The position numbers and the translations under genes are program-made. A DNA stretch of 63,494 nucleotides, the filler included, from Octopus bimaculoides (Eukaryota), in NCBI RefSeq assembly GCF_001194135.2. It is 9 parts of 9 records of this genome, joined end to end, with 100 filler letters (N's around TTAATTAATTAA, not from the genome) between each part and the next. Parts side by side here need not be neighbours in the genome. Positions count along the whole stretch, not along the records: positions 15,065 to 25,765 come from NC_068985.1; positions 25,866 to 39,539 come from NC_069005.1; 7 more parts are not named here. One strand, written 5' to 3'. Below are positions 22,236 through 35,760 of this stretch, piece after piece. How positions within the stretch are numbered: the first letter of the stretch is position 1; each line of letters begins with the position of its first letter. Under the pieces are notes generated by a model that was not told the DNA's origin, did not search any database, and was given only the letters and a program-made list of their open reading frames with translations.

Positions 22236-23226
22236 AGACATAAGAATAAATATCGATATAATGTGTGTGTGAATGTATATATGTGTATATATATATATGC
22301 GCATGAAAGTATGTGTGTACATCTGAATATGCGTGTGTTTACGGATTTGTGTACGTGTGTATATGTGTTAACGTGTATATGAATGTGTAGCTGTGTGCAT
22401 ATGCATACATGCTTAAATATGTAAGTGTATGTAAGGGACGACCGTGCGAACTCATAAAAGGAGATATGGTGACGAATGGAAAAACAGAGGACTCCTTTTA
22501 TTTAAACGTGTCACACGGTCGAACACACAATTATATGTATCAGAGATGATATACATGATATGTTATGCGACGATAACATAGATGACCAGTAATGAAAGAC
22601 CACAACCGTATTAGATGAATAACAGAAATATTTATTGCAGCGTTAAAGATGTATGTCTGTGTGAGAGTGTGAATGCGACATATAAGAACATAATCAAAGA
22701 CAGGCCGTCATATAAAGAAAAGTGTGTATGTGAGTGGTACATGTGTGTATGAGTGTTTACAGCAGATAGAAAGAGAGTNNNNNNNNNNNNNNNNNNNNNN
22801 NNNNNNNNNNNNNNNNNNNNNNNNNNNNNNNNNNNNNNNNNNNNNNNNNNNNNNNNNNNNNNNNNNNNNNNNNNNNNNNNNNNNNNNNNNNNNNNNNNNN
22901 NNNNNNNNNNNNNNNNNNNNNNNNNNNNNNNNNNNNNNNNNNNNNNNNNNNNNNNNNNNNNNNNNNNNNNNNNNNNNNNNNNNNNNNNNNNNNNNNNNNN
23001 NNNNNNNNNNNNNNNNNNNNNNNNNNNNNNNNNNNNNNNNNNNNNNNNNNNNNNNNNNNNNNNNNNNNNNNNNNNNNNNNNNNNNNNNNNNNNNNNNNNN
23101 NNNNNNNNNNCGTGGCTGGACGAAGCTGCTGAAATGGTCGCTGGCTGCTGCTGCTGTCGTGTGGTACACGGAACAGTTCTCAAAGAGAAACTGGACCGAG
23201 ACCAATTTGGTTGCCGAGTTAAAGCT

Positions 23227-23369
23227 ATTTATAACAAACTATGGGCTCCCGATGGCTTCAGAATTTTACTCTATCACGTGACCTTATTAGGGGCCGTGAT
23301 TGGTCAGTTTGCGTTCTGGCGGGAAAGGTTCGAAGAAGTTGCCGATTCGAATAATGATCGGTCACGTGA
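23227..23369 (-). promoter_or_regulatory. Candidate Pol II promoter (E-box, E2F, CCAAT, E-box, TATA)
   Basis: GGTCACGTGA at 23360-69, TGGCGGGAAA at 23317-26, CCAATC (minus) at 23298-303, TCACGTGACC at 23274-83 and TATAAAT (minus) at about 23227-33, in CpG-rich non-repetitive sequence. Confidence 0.5.
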
Positions 23370-24179
23370 TGACAAGAAATGGGTTCTCTACTACGCTCGC
23401 ATTTAATTATATTTAAATGAGAAGATTGTATGTAATGGCGATAGTAGTTTTGTATCTAGTGACGATAGGTGGTTTCACTACATGTATATGAGTCTGCGTA
23501 TATGAAATTATATAGGTGTAGGTGTACGTCTAAATACACATGAACATATATATATATACGTGTGTGTGTGTGTTGTTACTTTTACAAACGTATTTCCACA
23601 TACGTACAATCAATATGTTTGGTCGGTTGGAAGCGATTAGCAAAACAAATCTTAGAGCCGTGTTTGTAATTTGAGATATTTGACAACTCAGCAAGGAAAT
23701 ATCAGGACAAAGATCAAATTATTTTTAATTAAAATAATATCAGAAAAAAGTTTCCTGAAGTATTTTAAAAGCCGTAAGTAAATACAGTAAATCAAAACAT
23801 GGTTATGTCTTGGTGGTGAGAATGGCGACGAAGATAACACTTGGCGTGCTACAGTAGATGACTGCAGATTAATATTGTACAGCTGCCAAGTAATAATAAA
23901 CAGAATGGACCAAACATACAACTATCGTGTTCAAGAGATGCTTGAAAATGGAAGAAATGTCGAAGTATTTGTGGGAAAAATTTGGTAAGAACGGTTAATT
24001 TACTTACAGTTGCTCAATACACAAATCTTGAAATGGAAGCTATAAATTGAGAAAATGGGAGAAAGTGCAGAGAAATCGTTTCTGATTGTTGATTGAAGAC
24101 ATGGACGGTCTAAGTCAAGTAGTCTCAAGGAACTGGACTGTTCAACATACACAAAACACAAATACACAAACAGATCGCT

Positions 24180-24373
24180 AGAGAGATAGATAGATAGATA
24201 AACAATTAGCTAGAAAGAAAGATAGATAGAGAGAGAGAGAGAGACAGACAGACAGTCTGATAGACAGACATACAGTCTGATAGACAGACATACAGTCTGA
24301 TAGACAGACATGCAGTCTGATAGATAGATAGATAGATAGATAGACAAACAGACAGACATGCAGTGAGATACAT

Positions 24374-24424
<51 letters not shown>
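24180..24424. repeat. Compound (GATA)/(GA)/(CAGA)/(TACA)/(CA) microsatellite
   Basis: Directly visible. Confidence 0.9.
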
Positions 24425-24429
<5 letters not shown>

Positions 24430-24759
24430 TGTCGGAAGTTTGCGAGTTTGCCAATGTTTTTATAAATATCCTGAGGATAAACTCGGAAAACAAGCTGAAT
24501 CTTGCAGAGAAAGTAATTAGCAATAAATCTTTAATGTACGACTTAATTGAAAATATCTGTTATAAATGTCACTGTCGTAAGTAATTCCAATATCATCAAC
24601 CAAACACTGAATTATTGGAAACCTCATAGATACTGCTGACATCGGCAAGAATCGATGACTCTAACAATGATAATAAGATGCTACAATGCATAACGGAACA
24701 TAAGTTCCGGAAAAAAATGTAAAAATTACCTCCCTTTTGTGTTTTGTTTTTCTACCTTT

Positions 24760-25410
24760 AACGGCGACAATGATGGGGCACCGCTTTGAAGAATTTAGGC
24801 GAACAAATTGGCCCCTAGTATTTTTTTTTTTTTTTTTTAAGCCTGGTACATGTTTTGTTGGACTCCTTTGCCGAACCGCTAGCATACGGAAACAAGCAAA
24901 TCAACACAGGTTGTCCAGAAGCGGGAGGCCAAACACACACACATATGAAGATACATATACGTGTGTGTGTGTGTGTGTGTGTACGTATACGTATACAGAC
25001 GTACAGGCAGGAAGATAGATAAATAGAGAGAGAGAGAGAGAGAGATAAAAATATGCACACAAAACCGGCTTCCACACAGTTTCCGTCAATCCAGTACACT
25101 CACAAGGCAATTGGATGTCCCGGAGCTATAGTAAGAGGAACTTGCCCAAGACATTACTCAGTGAGATTTACCCCGAAACTGAGTGATTACAAAGCATGCT
25201 TCTAAATCATACAGTCTAAATCAGACAGTCATACCTGCACTTATAGTATTCTTTTCTACTCTAGGCACAAGGCCCGACATTTTGGGGGGAGGGGGCCTGT
25301 TGATTATATCGACCCCAGTACGCAACTGGTATTTAATTTATCCACCTCGAAAGGATGAAAGGCGAAGTCAACCTCGGCGGAATTTGAACTCAGAACGTAC
25401 AGACAAACGA
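24760..25410 (-). mobile_element. Diverged SINE A (about 24760-25235, internal microsatellite) followed by SINE B (about 25245-25410)
   Basis: tttgccgaaccgctag, cagtttccgtcaatcc..cactcacaaggc and gaaaggcgaagtcaacctcggcggaatttgaactcagaacg. Confidence 0.7.
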
Positions 25411-25657
25411 AATACCAATTTCTTTATTACCCACAAGAGGCCAAACACAGATGGGACAATACACACATGCGGGGACAATTAACACATGATAGAATGGAAC
25501 AATGAAATTAAACAATGATGATGGGACGGCCACCCCAGCCCCACCCCGGGGCGGCCGCGTTATTTCAATTATTTCAACAGTTCTTAATAGTTCCTTTCAC
25601 AGGCTTCGATAGTTCTTTTCAAAATTATCTCAATTTATCCAAAATAAAACTACTCAC

Positions 25658-25741
25658 CATTTTATATAATCTTTTATTTCCTCGTAGTTCACCACTGGAG
25701 CGCTGGGTTCGAAATTCACCTCGGGCCCCAGTGGGTTTATA
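25658..25741 (-). other. Candidate first exon ending in ATG|gtgagt with an upstream TATAAA
   Basis: Minus strand: TATAAA at 25736-41, then ...attatataaaATG|gtgagtagtttt with the donor at 25657. A GC-rich block follows in the putative intron. Confidence 0.3.
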
Positions 25742-25765
25742 TCTGTCGGGAAAGCCTCTTTTAAT

Positions 25766-25865
25766 NNNNNNNNNNNNNNNNNNNNNNNNNNNNNNNNNNN
25801 NNNNNNNNNTTAATTAATTAANNNNNNNNNNNNNNNNNNNNNNNNNNNNNNNNNNNNNNNNNNNN
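25766..25865. other. Artificial 100-bp linker
   Basis: 44N-TTAATTAATTAA-44N. Confidence 0.95.
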
Positions 25866-25871
25866 GCTGCG

Positions 25872-25922
<51 letters not shown>

Positions 25923-25923
25923 G

Positions 25924-25966
<43 letters not shown>

Positions 25967-26249
25967 AGATGAAGATGAAGATGATGATATTGATGATGTT
26001 GATGATGTTTTTAAGGCGCGGTATTTCGTCCATCGTTTGGTTCTAGGTTCAAATTCCGCCCATGTCGATTTTGCCATTCGTCCTCCCAGAGTCGATAAAA
26101 TAAATGCCAGTTGAGCAATAGGATCGATGCAATCGACTTAACACCGTGCCCCTACACTTCAGGCGAGTAGCAGGATTTGTTGTTGTTCTGTTTTTCTTCT
26201 TTTTCTTCTTCTTCTCATTGTTATTATTATTATTATTATCATTGTTGCG

Positions 26250-26750
26250 TGACACTGGGGTAAAATATACGAAGCCCAATATACCCATCATGACTATTTG
26301 TCTGACATGGGTACACCAGGCACATGCATCACAATCATATGTGCGCGACATGGTGATCTCATATCAAGAAAAAAAGTACATGACGTTGCACTTGGAGCCC
26401 AGTTAGAATTTTCTTCTGGTCGAATAACCCAACCCACTCAAAATGGTCCTTGAATAACGACTGTTTAAGGATGTTGAACGAAATACTCATGTTTCCAGTG
26501 GTGAATTATCCAAACCCCAATAAATTCCTCTCAACACATGGCTATGATGCTACCCCACTACTTCTGCTCGTGTTCAGAGATACACATATCGTCAACCACT
26601 AAGATACATGCTCAACTAGTTACGGTCAAACAACTGACAAGCAAATCTGTGGTGTTGAGCAGAATATTTGGTTAAGCCCATCTTTTATACCATGACAAAA
26701 TGTACGTGATAACACTTTCAATCACTTAAGATCAGAAGCCATGAAAGCCA
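26250..26750. repeat. Probable unclassified interspersed repeat of about 500 bp
   Basis: Complex block bounded by (TTA)n tracts. It resembles a repeat I recall from octopus DNA, but there is only one copy here. Confidence 0.35.
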
Positions 26751-26771
26751 GTTCCTGTTATTCTAAATGGG

Positions 26772-26838
<67 letters not shown>

Positions 26839-28709
26839 GATATAAGAGTTGCTGGTGATGTTAGTGGTAGCAGTTGATGCGGAAGAAGCCAAGAAACAAC
26901 AAACTCTGATACGACATCCTAGCCACACGCATGCTAACACACATACACGCACTTAAACACAAGCACACTCACAGACACATACAAACACACACACACATTC
27001 ATATACATATGTGTCTATTATCTTTTATCGTACTTGTTTCGGTTAATTTATTTGACTGGGGCCATTCTGGGGCATCACCTTGAAGAGTTTTAACCGAAAA
27101 ATGGACAACGGGATTTTTACCCTTCATTCTGTCGTAATCCATGAACATAAATGACATTTCGTGTACTGGATTCGGTGTTATCGGTTGAATTCCTTCCATT
27201 AAATATGCTGGTATTTTGCTCCATTTTGAAACAAATCTCTTTGCAGTCATTGCCTTTGTTTTTGTCAGCAATACTGTAATGATGAAGGTAGTAATAACAA
27301 TGATAGTTATTGGAATAAAATCGAATTCTTCGATATAATATTTTTGCAGCATAGCCTCGGTAGTTATTGTAACTTTCGTATACTTTTTTTACAGAATCAA
27401 TATCATTGTTATTTTAGTTCAAATTTCAACAATGGAATATATGTAACTCAAAAGGAATAGATTTATGCTATCCACGTTTGAAGAATTACATCCATAGTGG
27501 GTTGGGGCAACGTTTTAGCAGGTGCCTGTAGAACCACATTACGATTCGAAAACATGAAAAGTGATTTTCCAAATTCGTTGTAGTTTCTGTGATAACATGA
27601 ATCCCTTTTGCAGTCGAATTTCTATCATTTTCTTATCATCTCAACAAATCATTTTCAGCTCTTTCTATTAAATACAATAAAATTGTTTCTGACGAAAATT
27701 GGCCATTTTTCTAGAAGGCTTCCTTTTTGTGGACATCTTAGTCTCCAGCCACGTAATACGGCGCTATTGATTAGTCAATTCTTTTATTGAGATTGACAAA
27801 ACGTATGGCTTCTACGAAAATATGGAACACACGAAATAATAGAAAATACTATTTGGCAGATTAATGTGTAGTTTCTATTAATGGTGACAAAGCTTTTGAA
27901 TGATAAAAGTTTTTAGTATTCAAGAATGAATAATAATGACTTCCTGAAGAGAAACAATCATATTTTAATATATTGATTTAATATTTGAACAACCCCTCAT
28001 GTAATGAAGTTAAGAGTGTCTTCATCATGTCATGCTATACCTGTTTCATCGAGGTTCTAATAATATATGAGAAACAGTGAAATATGCTCAAAAGATATGA
28101 AAATTTACGCTGGAGTAAATGATTAGAGAAAGTGCTTTCACAACTTTTGACGTGGCTATTCTACCATGATTGATGAAACGAAATCAGGAGGTAGTTTTAA
28201 CACGAAATGAGAGAGGCGATACTTAGACACTCTGTCCTAGCAGTATGAAAACCTATCATACGCTACTCTTTTCAAGAATCAAGGAAATGTCTGAAAGTGT
28301 GGGAAATGGGTCTGTTATGTTCCTTGAGTAGCGATTGTTCTAAATGGCTCCATACATTTATGATGAGCACTTTTTAAACTTTATAGCGAATGACGAAAGC
28401 GAATTGAGTTTTAAGAGAAATTTAAAGCAGCGCAAACAGTAGCGTAAATCACAGCCACAAATATGATTTCACTTAACAGAATGTTTACTGGGCGTGCTAC
28501 GTCTTCAAGCCTGCAACATATTCAAACGATCTCTCTTTTACCTAATCACTATATTAAGGGGAAGAAAGCAAACCCATGGCGCTTCAAAGTGGTTGTGTGA
28601 TAGAAACAAAAACCGGAAGGTCCACGCACGCACACGCTCACAAACACACACATGGACAATATATACATACATATATACGTATCTATATATATGTATATAC
28701 GCATATGTA

Positions 28710-28761
<52 letters not shown>

Positions 28762-28809
28762 CTTCTTCTTCTTCTTCTTCTTCTTCTTCTTCTTCTTCTT
28801 CTTCTTCTT

Positions 28810-28890
<81 letters not shown>

Positions 28891-30227
28891 TCTAAATCTC
28901 TCTGCAGGAGATTAGGACAGCAGTACTGTTTATAAATAGTTAACGCCAAGCTAACGTTGCATTCCAGAATAAAAGGATGAATGCTGCCGTCGTTTGTCTC
29001 TAAGACACAGGTTTCTCTATTACTTCGTGCCCCACCCTTCGCAGGATCTCCCTGTACTTTTTTAATTCCACCTTCTTAAAACAAATTTCGTCTCTTATTT
29101 CACAAGCTGCAGGTGTTAAATTGATTATTATACCACCTCTCCCTTTTTTTCCATCTTCTGGTCTGCAGTATATAAATTTCTCACTAATTCTCCTTCAGAC
29201 GTAACGACGGATGAAGAATTCAAATCTTCATGCATCACTGAGACACAAGTAAAGCGTTTCCCATTTCATACAATGGTGACAACGATAACAAAATTACCAT
29301 AGGGCAGCAAAAGTAAGTGTCTCAAGACACAACCATTAATAACAAATATAATTCCAATTCAACAATCTTTCACTAACCTCTCTAACGACGCACAAACAAC
29401 ATTCGCCAGCAAGTTGTTCCAGATGAATGTAACAACAGTGAAAGAAATATCAATGTTAATTTATTGATGTATTTGGGCAAGTCTACGTCTGTATTGTCAG
29501 ACAAATGTAAAAGAAATGTATAAAAAAAATCTTCTCTCCAAAATTCCGATACAAATTTTTCATGTTTCAAAACGCTACTTACTTTTTACTCAACCTGACA
29601 GAATATACTTACACAATTCATATAACCATATATGTACTGCATGGGAATTAAGTCATAGGCGAATGCATATTTAAGCATTTATATCATTTTTACTATGTTT
29701 ATCACTAAAATTAAATATGAAAGGGGAAATATAGCCTATTATCTAAATTTTATATTATCGAATAAGAAAGCAAAACGAGAATGAAAATGAATTTAAAAAC
29801 AAAGATAACGCGAGGAAATGAAATAAATGAAATATGTTCGTAACTCATTTGGTTCTTATCAAATATTGTACTCTTGTTATATTATTTCACTAATTATTTT
29901 TCTAGAGAAAATTCTGAGTAATTGAGTTTCGTTCCTTTTAATTTTCTTTTCGGTGTACTTCGTTTCTCTCATGAAACACTTCAGAAAATAAAATGTAATA
30001 AGAAAAAGCAGAAAAATTACATGTTGAATATTGATATGAGTCAGAACGTTCGTTCGTGCACCCATACGTACATGAACACTCGCACACCGGCACACGAATA
30101 CACAGGCACACAAGCACACAAACAAACACACACACATATACACGTACCTGTACGTATCTAAGCACCCAAACCGGAATTTGTATAGTTCATATATATATAC
30201 GATTACATATAAGCATATATGTAATCG

Positions 30228-30270
<43 letters not shown>

Positions 30271-31539
30271 ATGTATACATATATATACATATATACCTAT
30301 GTACATATATATACATACTTATATATGTGTGTGTATATGTGTGTATGTATGCGAGTATGCGTCTGTTTCTATGGGTATTTGTGTTTGTGATCGTGTGAGT
30401 GTGTGTGTGTGTGTCAATATTCGTGTATTTGTTTGCAAATTTGTGTAGGAATATATAAAAATACATCCACCTACACGCCCACAGAAACTTACACACAGAT
30501 GATTATACATACATATATATATATATATATATANNNNNNNNNNNNNNNNNNNNNNNNNNNNNNNNNNNNNNNNNNNNNNNNNNNNNNNNNNNNNNNNNNN
30601 NNNNNNNNNNNNNNNNNNNNNNNNNNNNNNNNNNNNNNNNNNNNNNNNNNNNNNNNNNNNNNNNNNNNNNNNNNNNNNNNNNNNNNNNNNNNNNNNNNNN
30701 NNNNNNNNNNNNNNNNNNNNNNNNNNNNNNNNNNNNNNNNNNNNNNNNNNNNNNNNNNNNNNNNNNNNNNNNNNNNNNNNNNNNNNNNNNNNNNNNNNNN
30801 NNNNNNNNNNNNNNNNNNNNNNNNNNNNNNNNNNNNNNNNNNNNNNNNNNNNNNNNNNNNNNNNNNNNNNNNNNNNNNNNNNNNNNNNNNNNNNNNNNNN
30901 NNNNNNNNNNNNNNNNNNNNNNNNNNNNNNNNNNNNNNNNNNNNNNNNNNNNNNNNNNNNNNNNNNNNNNNNNNNNNNNNNNNNNNNNNNNNNNNNNNNN
31001 NNNNNNNNNNNNNNNNNNNNNNNNNNNNNNNNNNNNNNNNNNNNNNNNNNNNNNNNNNNNNNNNNNNNNNNNNNNNNNNNNNNNNNNNNNNNNNNNNNNN
31101 NNNNNNNNNNNNNNNNNNNNNNNNNNNNNNNNNNNNNNNNNNNNNNNNNNNNNNNNNNNNNNNNNNNNNNNNNNNNNNNNNNNNNNNNNNNNNNNNNNNN
31201 NNNNNNNNNNNNNNNNNNNNNNNNNNNNNNNNNNNNNNNNNNNNNNACTTAAATATAAAATTAAGTAAATATTAACACTGATTGGCTTGTTCTGAATCCT
31301 TATAATGTTGTTTAAAAAAAAAAATGTTGTTTCCTTTTTGTTTTAGTTGTTTTTTTTTACATTTTCCAGTTTTGATCAAATCTTTGTTGCCATGAATTTG
31401 GATCATCCGAAATTTCGTATCGGTAACAGCAGAAGTGAGATAACAATGACATCAATGCTAATATGTAAACAGCGATGTCGAAGACGTCGGTTGGGTTGGT
31501 GGCGGATGTGGTGGTGGGGGTGGCGTGCCGGAAATAGCA

Positions 31540-31738
31540 TTGATGATGATGATGATGATGAGGAGGAGGAGGAGGAGGAGGAGGAGGAAGGCATAATGCT
31601 GGTGATGAAAATGAGAATGTAGTGAAGGCGGAAGATGCTTGTGATGCGGAGGTGGAAGCTTGTAATACGAAAGATTATCATCATATGCAAGGGAAGGGGA
31701 GCTATTAGGGATGGTAACGATGATGGTGAAGATGATGG

Positions 31739-31794
<56 letters not shown>

Positions 31795-31946
31795 ACGACG
31801 ATGACGGTGATGATGGTAATGATGATTACGACGACGATAGTTACAGTCATGATGATTATGATGATGATGATGATCACGGCGACGGTGATTATGATGATGA
31901 TGGTGATGATGATGACGATGATGACAACTACGACGACAAATATTGC

Positions 31947-31984
<38 letters not shown>

Positions 31985-31990
31985 CGACGT
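31540..31990. repeat. Compound (GAT)n/(GAG)n/(GAC)n low-complexity tract
   Basis: Directly visible; source of the poly-D/M/H pseudo-ORFs. Confidence 0.95.
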
Positions 31991-33449
31991 AAAATAAAAG
32001 GATATATACGCTGCAGCTTATTTCTATTCTTCAAGTATACAAATAAGCTTATATATGTTCGCACCCTCCTGTCGCAATAACAGCTAAATGCCTTCACATC
32101 ACACAATAACATCTTTACAGGAAAGGCAAAAATCTAGTCTCTAACAATGCTTATTTTTGTCTCCACTCACATCGGTTTCCTTGCTTCAATAGTATGATGA
32201 GGCTTTTGAGGGAAATATCGTAATATGTTGTAATTCTCACATTTTATCACAGCCCTGGCTAGTGTAGATGCTACTTTTCGTTGGTTTCGAAGCCACATTC
32301 TAGGCCAGACACACATGGCACTCTTTTGCCGACACAATCACGCCTGTGCATATAATACTTTAGCAATAATAGTATTGCTATTACTCCCTTCCCTCAAAAC
32401 TGACTGATACTTTCGTTTCTCTAGCTGCAGCTCCTACATTTGTCGTCTCACTAAATATTGCTGATCTCTGTTTTTATCACTTTTGTTACAAAGGATGGAT
32501 GCTTTCTGAGCGGCTATAATCAGGGTTTCTGTCCCTCGTTGAATTCCTCGTCTGTGGAAGTCAGCGGTTTTAATTTCTAAAATGTTTGGTTCTTAACAAT
32601 AAAGGGCCATGTAATTCAATTTCTTTCCGTTTCTTTTTTGTTCATATCCATTTTCTATTTGAGCTCTATTACCGTTTTAGTCAATTTTGGATATCTCTGT
32701 CTGCGGAAAGTATTATTTCTTTACTTTGAGTAACATATCTTCCGCTTTTAGTAATAGTGTACCTCTTTCTTTTTGTTGTGGAAGGATTCCGAAAAGTTAC
32801 TAAAAGTGGACTGGCACATTGCAAGAAAATAAAAAAAACGGTGAGCAATTAATGAGAAGCAGTTCATTGTGAGCCGTTGGTAGGGGGCGTTTAACCTCGT
32901 GTAACAGTAATCGTAGTGCGTCGTGTGAATATCTTCTTCCCTATGCTTCGTTAAATTACATATCCAACACCAGGATATAAAACCTTTCTTGGTAGCCAAG
33001 GTAGGTCGGATTGCTTTTACTGTAGCGTGCGTTGGGCACTGTGAACAGCATATTAATTTTTCTAGCCAAGATCTGTAACCCAGCCTTCGCCCACTCCATA
33101 AACGGAAGATGAATCACTTCGTACATGCATAACCCATGTATTTACGATTTTGATGATGTTCCCTAAATTTAATTTTGTTTCAAGCAACTTTCTAATTCGT
33201 CTCTTGTACACTTTAGTGACCTTCCATGTCATCTACCGTTCCATTATACTATCATCTTGAAAAGCTCATATATATTTGTAACCCTCATTATATCACAACG
33301 ATCTAATGATGTTGTCTTGAGGTAATTTTATGCCATTGAAGTTTACCATCCGGACTCATTTCGTAATTAGTACTGCGCACGTATATACCACAACCAGCAT
33401 TCCAATATCATTAATTGTTGTTGTTGTTGTTGTTCTTGTTCTTCTTCTT

Positions 33450-33548
<99 letters not shown>

Positions 33549-35465
33549 GTTGTTGTTATTATGATTATTATTATTATGTCTTTTTTGCATAAAATTGTGT
33601 TTTATTTCGAACACGCAAAACTTGAAAATATATGTACAAGTACATATTCATCTATCATGTTTTAAGCTAGCATATTTGAAAATTAAATAATAACAATAAT
33701 AATAATGATAATAATAATAATATGTATATGTGTATATATATATATATATACTCACACACACACGCGTACCTAAAATTAAGAAATTTGCTATGATAATTTT
33801 AACAACGGAATGGAAATTAAGATGACATTAGCATAAAATTTAATATGAATCTCTCTCACCTGACGTGTATATATACATATACATATGACTATGTGTGTGT
33901 GTGTGAGTGTACGTATGTTTGTGCGTGCGACCGTGCGTGTGTGTGCACATATACACACGCATTTATTTTTATGCGTGTAGGTAGCTATATATATATATGT
34001 ATATATATGTGTTTGTGTGTGTGCGTGTGTGTGTGTGTTTCCACATCTTTGCGTGTTATTTATGTGCGTATGTTTCTCATTCTCTCCCTATCTCAAAACT
34101 TAACGAACTGAAATTTCGAAAATAAAACATGCGATGTCGTATGAAAGAGATAAATCATTGAGACGAAAAAACAAAGAAACTTAATAGCCTACCGTACTGA
34201 ATAGAAATGTGAGCAACGGAAGAATTAATAGTTCGTTAAAAATCAATTTATGACTAGAAGCAGAGCTGAATACAGTCGAATCATTAAGTTGCAAATCTAA
34301 AGTATGAAAAAGCCCATTAAGTCTGTTCTCTTCATCGTGTTTATGGGTATGATATTTAATCCTCCCCTATCATCCCGTGCTATGTTATGACACATAGCAT
34401 CCATTGTCAGACCCAATTTCAATTTACTAAAATCTATCGGCTTGGAATATACATAACAACTCTGAACGCGGATAGAGTAGAGTCAAATGCTGTAGCCTAA
34501 ACGGGGGCTTTCGACCTGGTAGAATTAGAAGTGAGATGAAACGCAGCCAGTCCATGAAGTCTATTTCTGCATTCAGATAATTCTACCTCATGTAATGCTA
34601 ATTTATTCGCATTCATTTGCATTAGAATATGTTTTGTTGTAGCTTCCAGATATGTTAATGTGATTGCTTGTTGTTAAAATAACATGGTAGGGCAGTTGTG
34701 AGAGTTTAGATCTAGCCTGTTCGTGCCCTGATATGGACGGTTTGAATCTTAAAGTGTTAAACAATGAGAGGTCGCATCGAATAATAAAATCAACAGTAAG
34801 CAATATATCTGAAGATCTGATGCTCGTTTCAAGGAACAATTTTATTTGAGCTCTTCGCTCTAATGACTAAATGTACACGAAATGATACATGTAAATTCCA
34901 AAACTAAGTCTCCCCTAAAGAATTCTTCGCAGAATTGTAAGCCCAACACCGCCGGGTAAAATTCCTTTCTATAGTTTATGGTCGGTTATAGAGAAATTAG
35001 TTTGCATTTCATTTGTTACTATGTTTACTGTGGCTCAAATTAAACGAAATAATTCATTTTCTATAAACTGTTATCACATAGTAGATTACTTAGGTTAATG
35101 TTGGATAACGGGAGATCTTAATATATTACAACAGTTTGTCATCTTAACAAAGTTTCGTAGAAGATAACTAAAAGTTAATATCAAAGTGGAGACTGGATGT
35201 CACCCTTACCAGCTATAATTGTCGTTGGAATCTGTTTTAGCATACAAAATCGTCTTAGACTGGAAAGATACTTTGGACTATTTAATTATGTAATGGACTA
35301 TTTAATTGTGTAATTATGTAACGATAAACGACTGGACGGCAACCTCCAGAACATATTTCACTTTCGTTTGCTGGATCAAACCTGACGCGTATCTAATTAC
35401 TATAAACATCAGTTTCCAATCGAGCCATCCATTTTAGTTGTTTTACATTTTACTCATATTTCGTC

Positions 35466-35760
35466 TGTGACTTTGAATTGTTTGATCACTTTCCTTATCC
35501 TTCTGGTTTAGCGCCGTCTGACTCTCAACTGTTCTACCATTATAAGAAATCACTGGGATGCGAATCAGTATTCTAGTGATGATGACATCATATCTACTGT
35601 TGATGACTTATTTCACCAACAAAATGAAAATTTCGTCACCAATGGGATCGAAGCACTCCAACATTAATGAAAGATGCGTGTCTTCAATGTTGACTATGTC
35701 GAAAAATAAACTTCATTTGGTCAAATTCCATGAGAACTATTCAGCTGTCCTTTGCAACTC
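35466..35760 (+). mobile_element. Degraded mariner transposase 3' fragment
   Basis: FELFDHFPYPSGLAPSDSQLF..KK and YSSDDDIISTVDDLF...GIEALQH**K...DYVEK*, equivalent to YSPDLAPSD and the C-terminal DYVEK. Confidence 0.72.

Noticed and set aside
32748-33130. Minus-strand ORF 32748-32999 and neighbouring frames as an exon or transposase
   Set aside because: No recognisable motif or consistent splice sites; only vague similarity to degraded Tc1/mariner.
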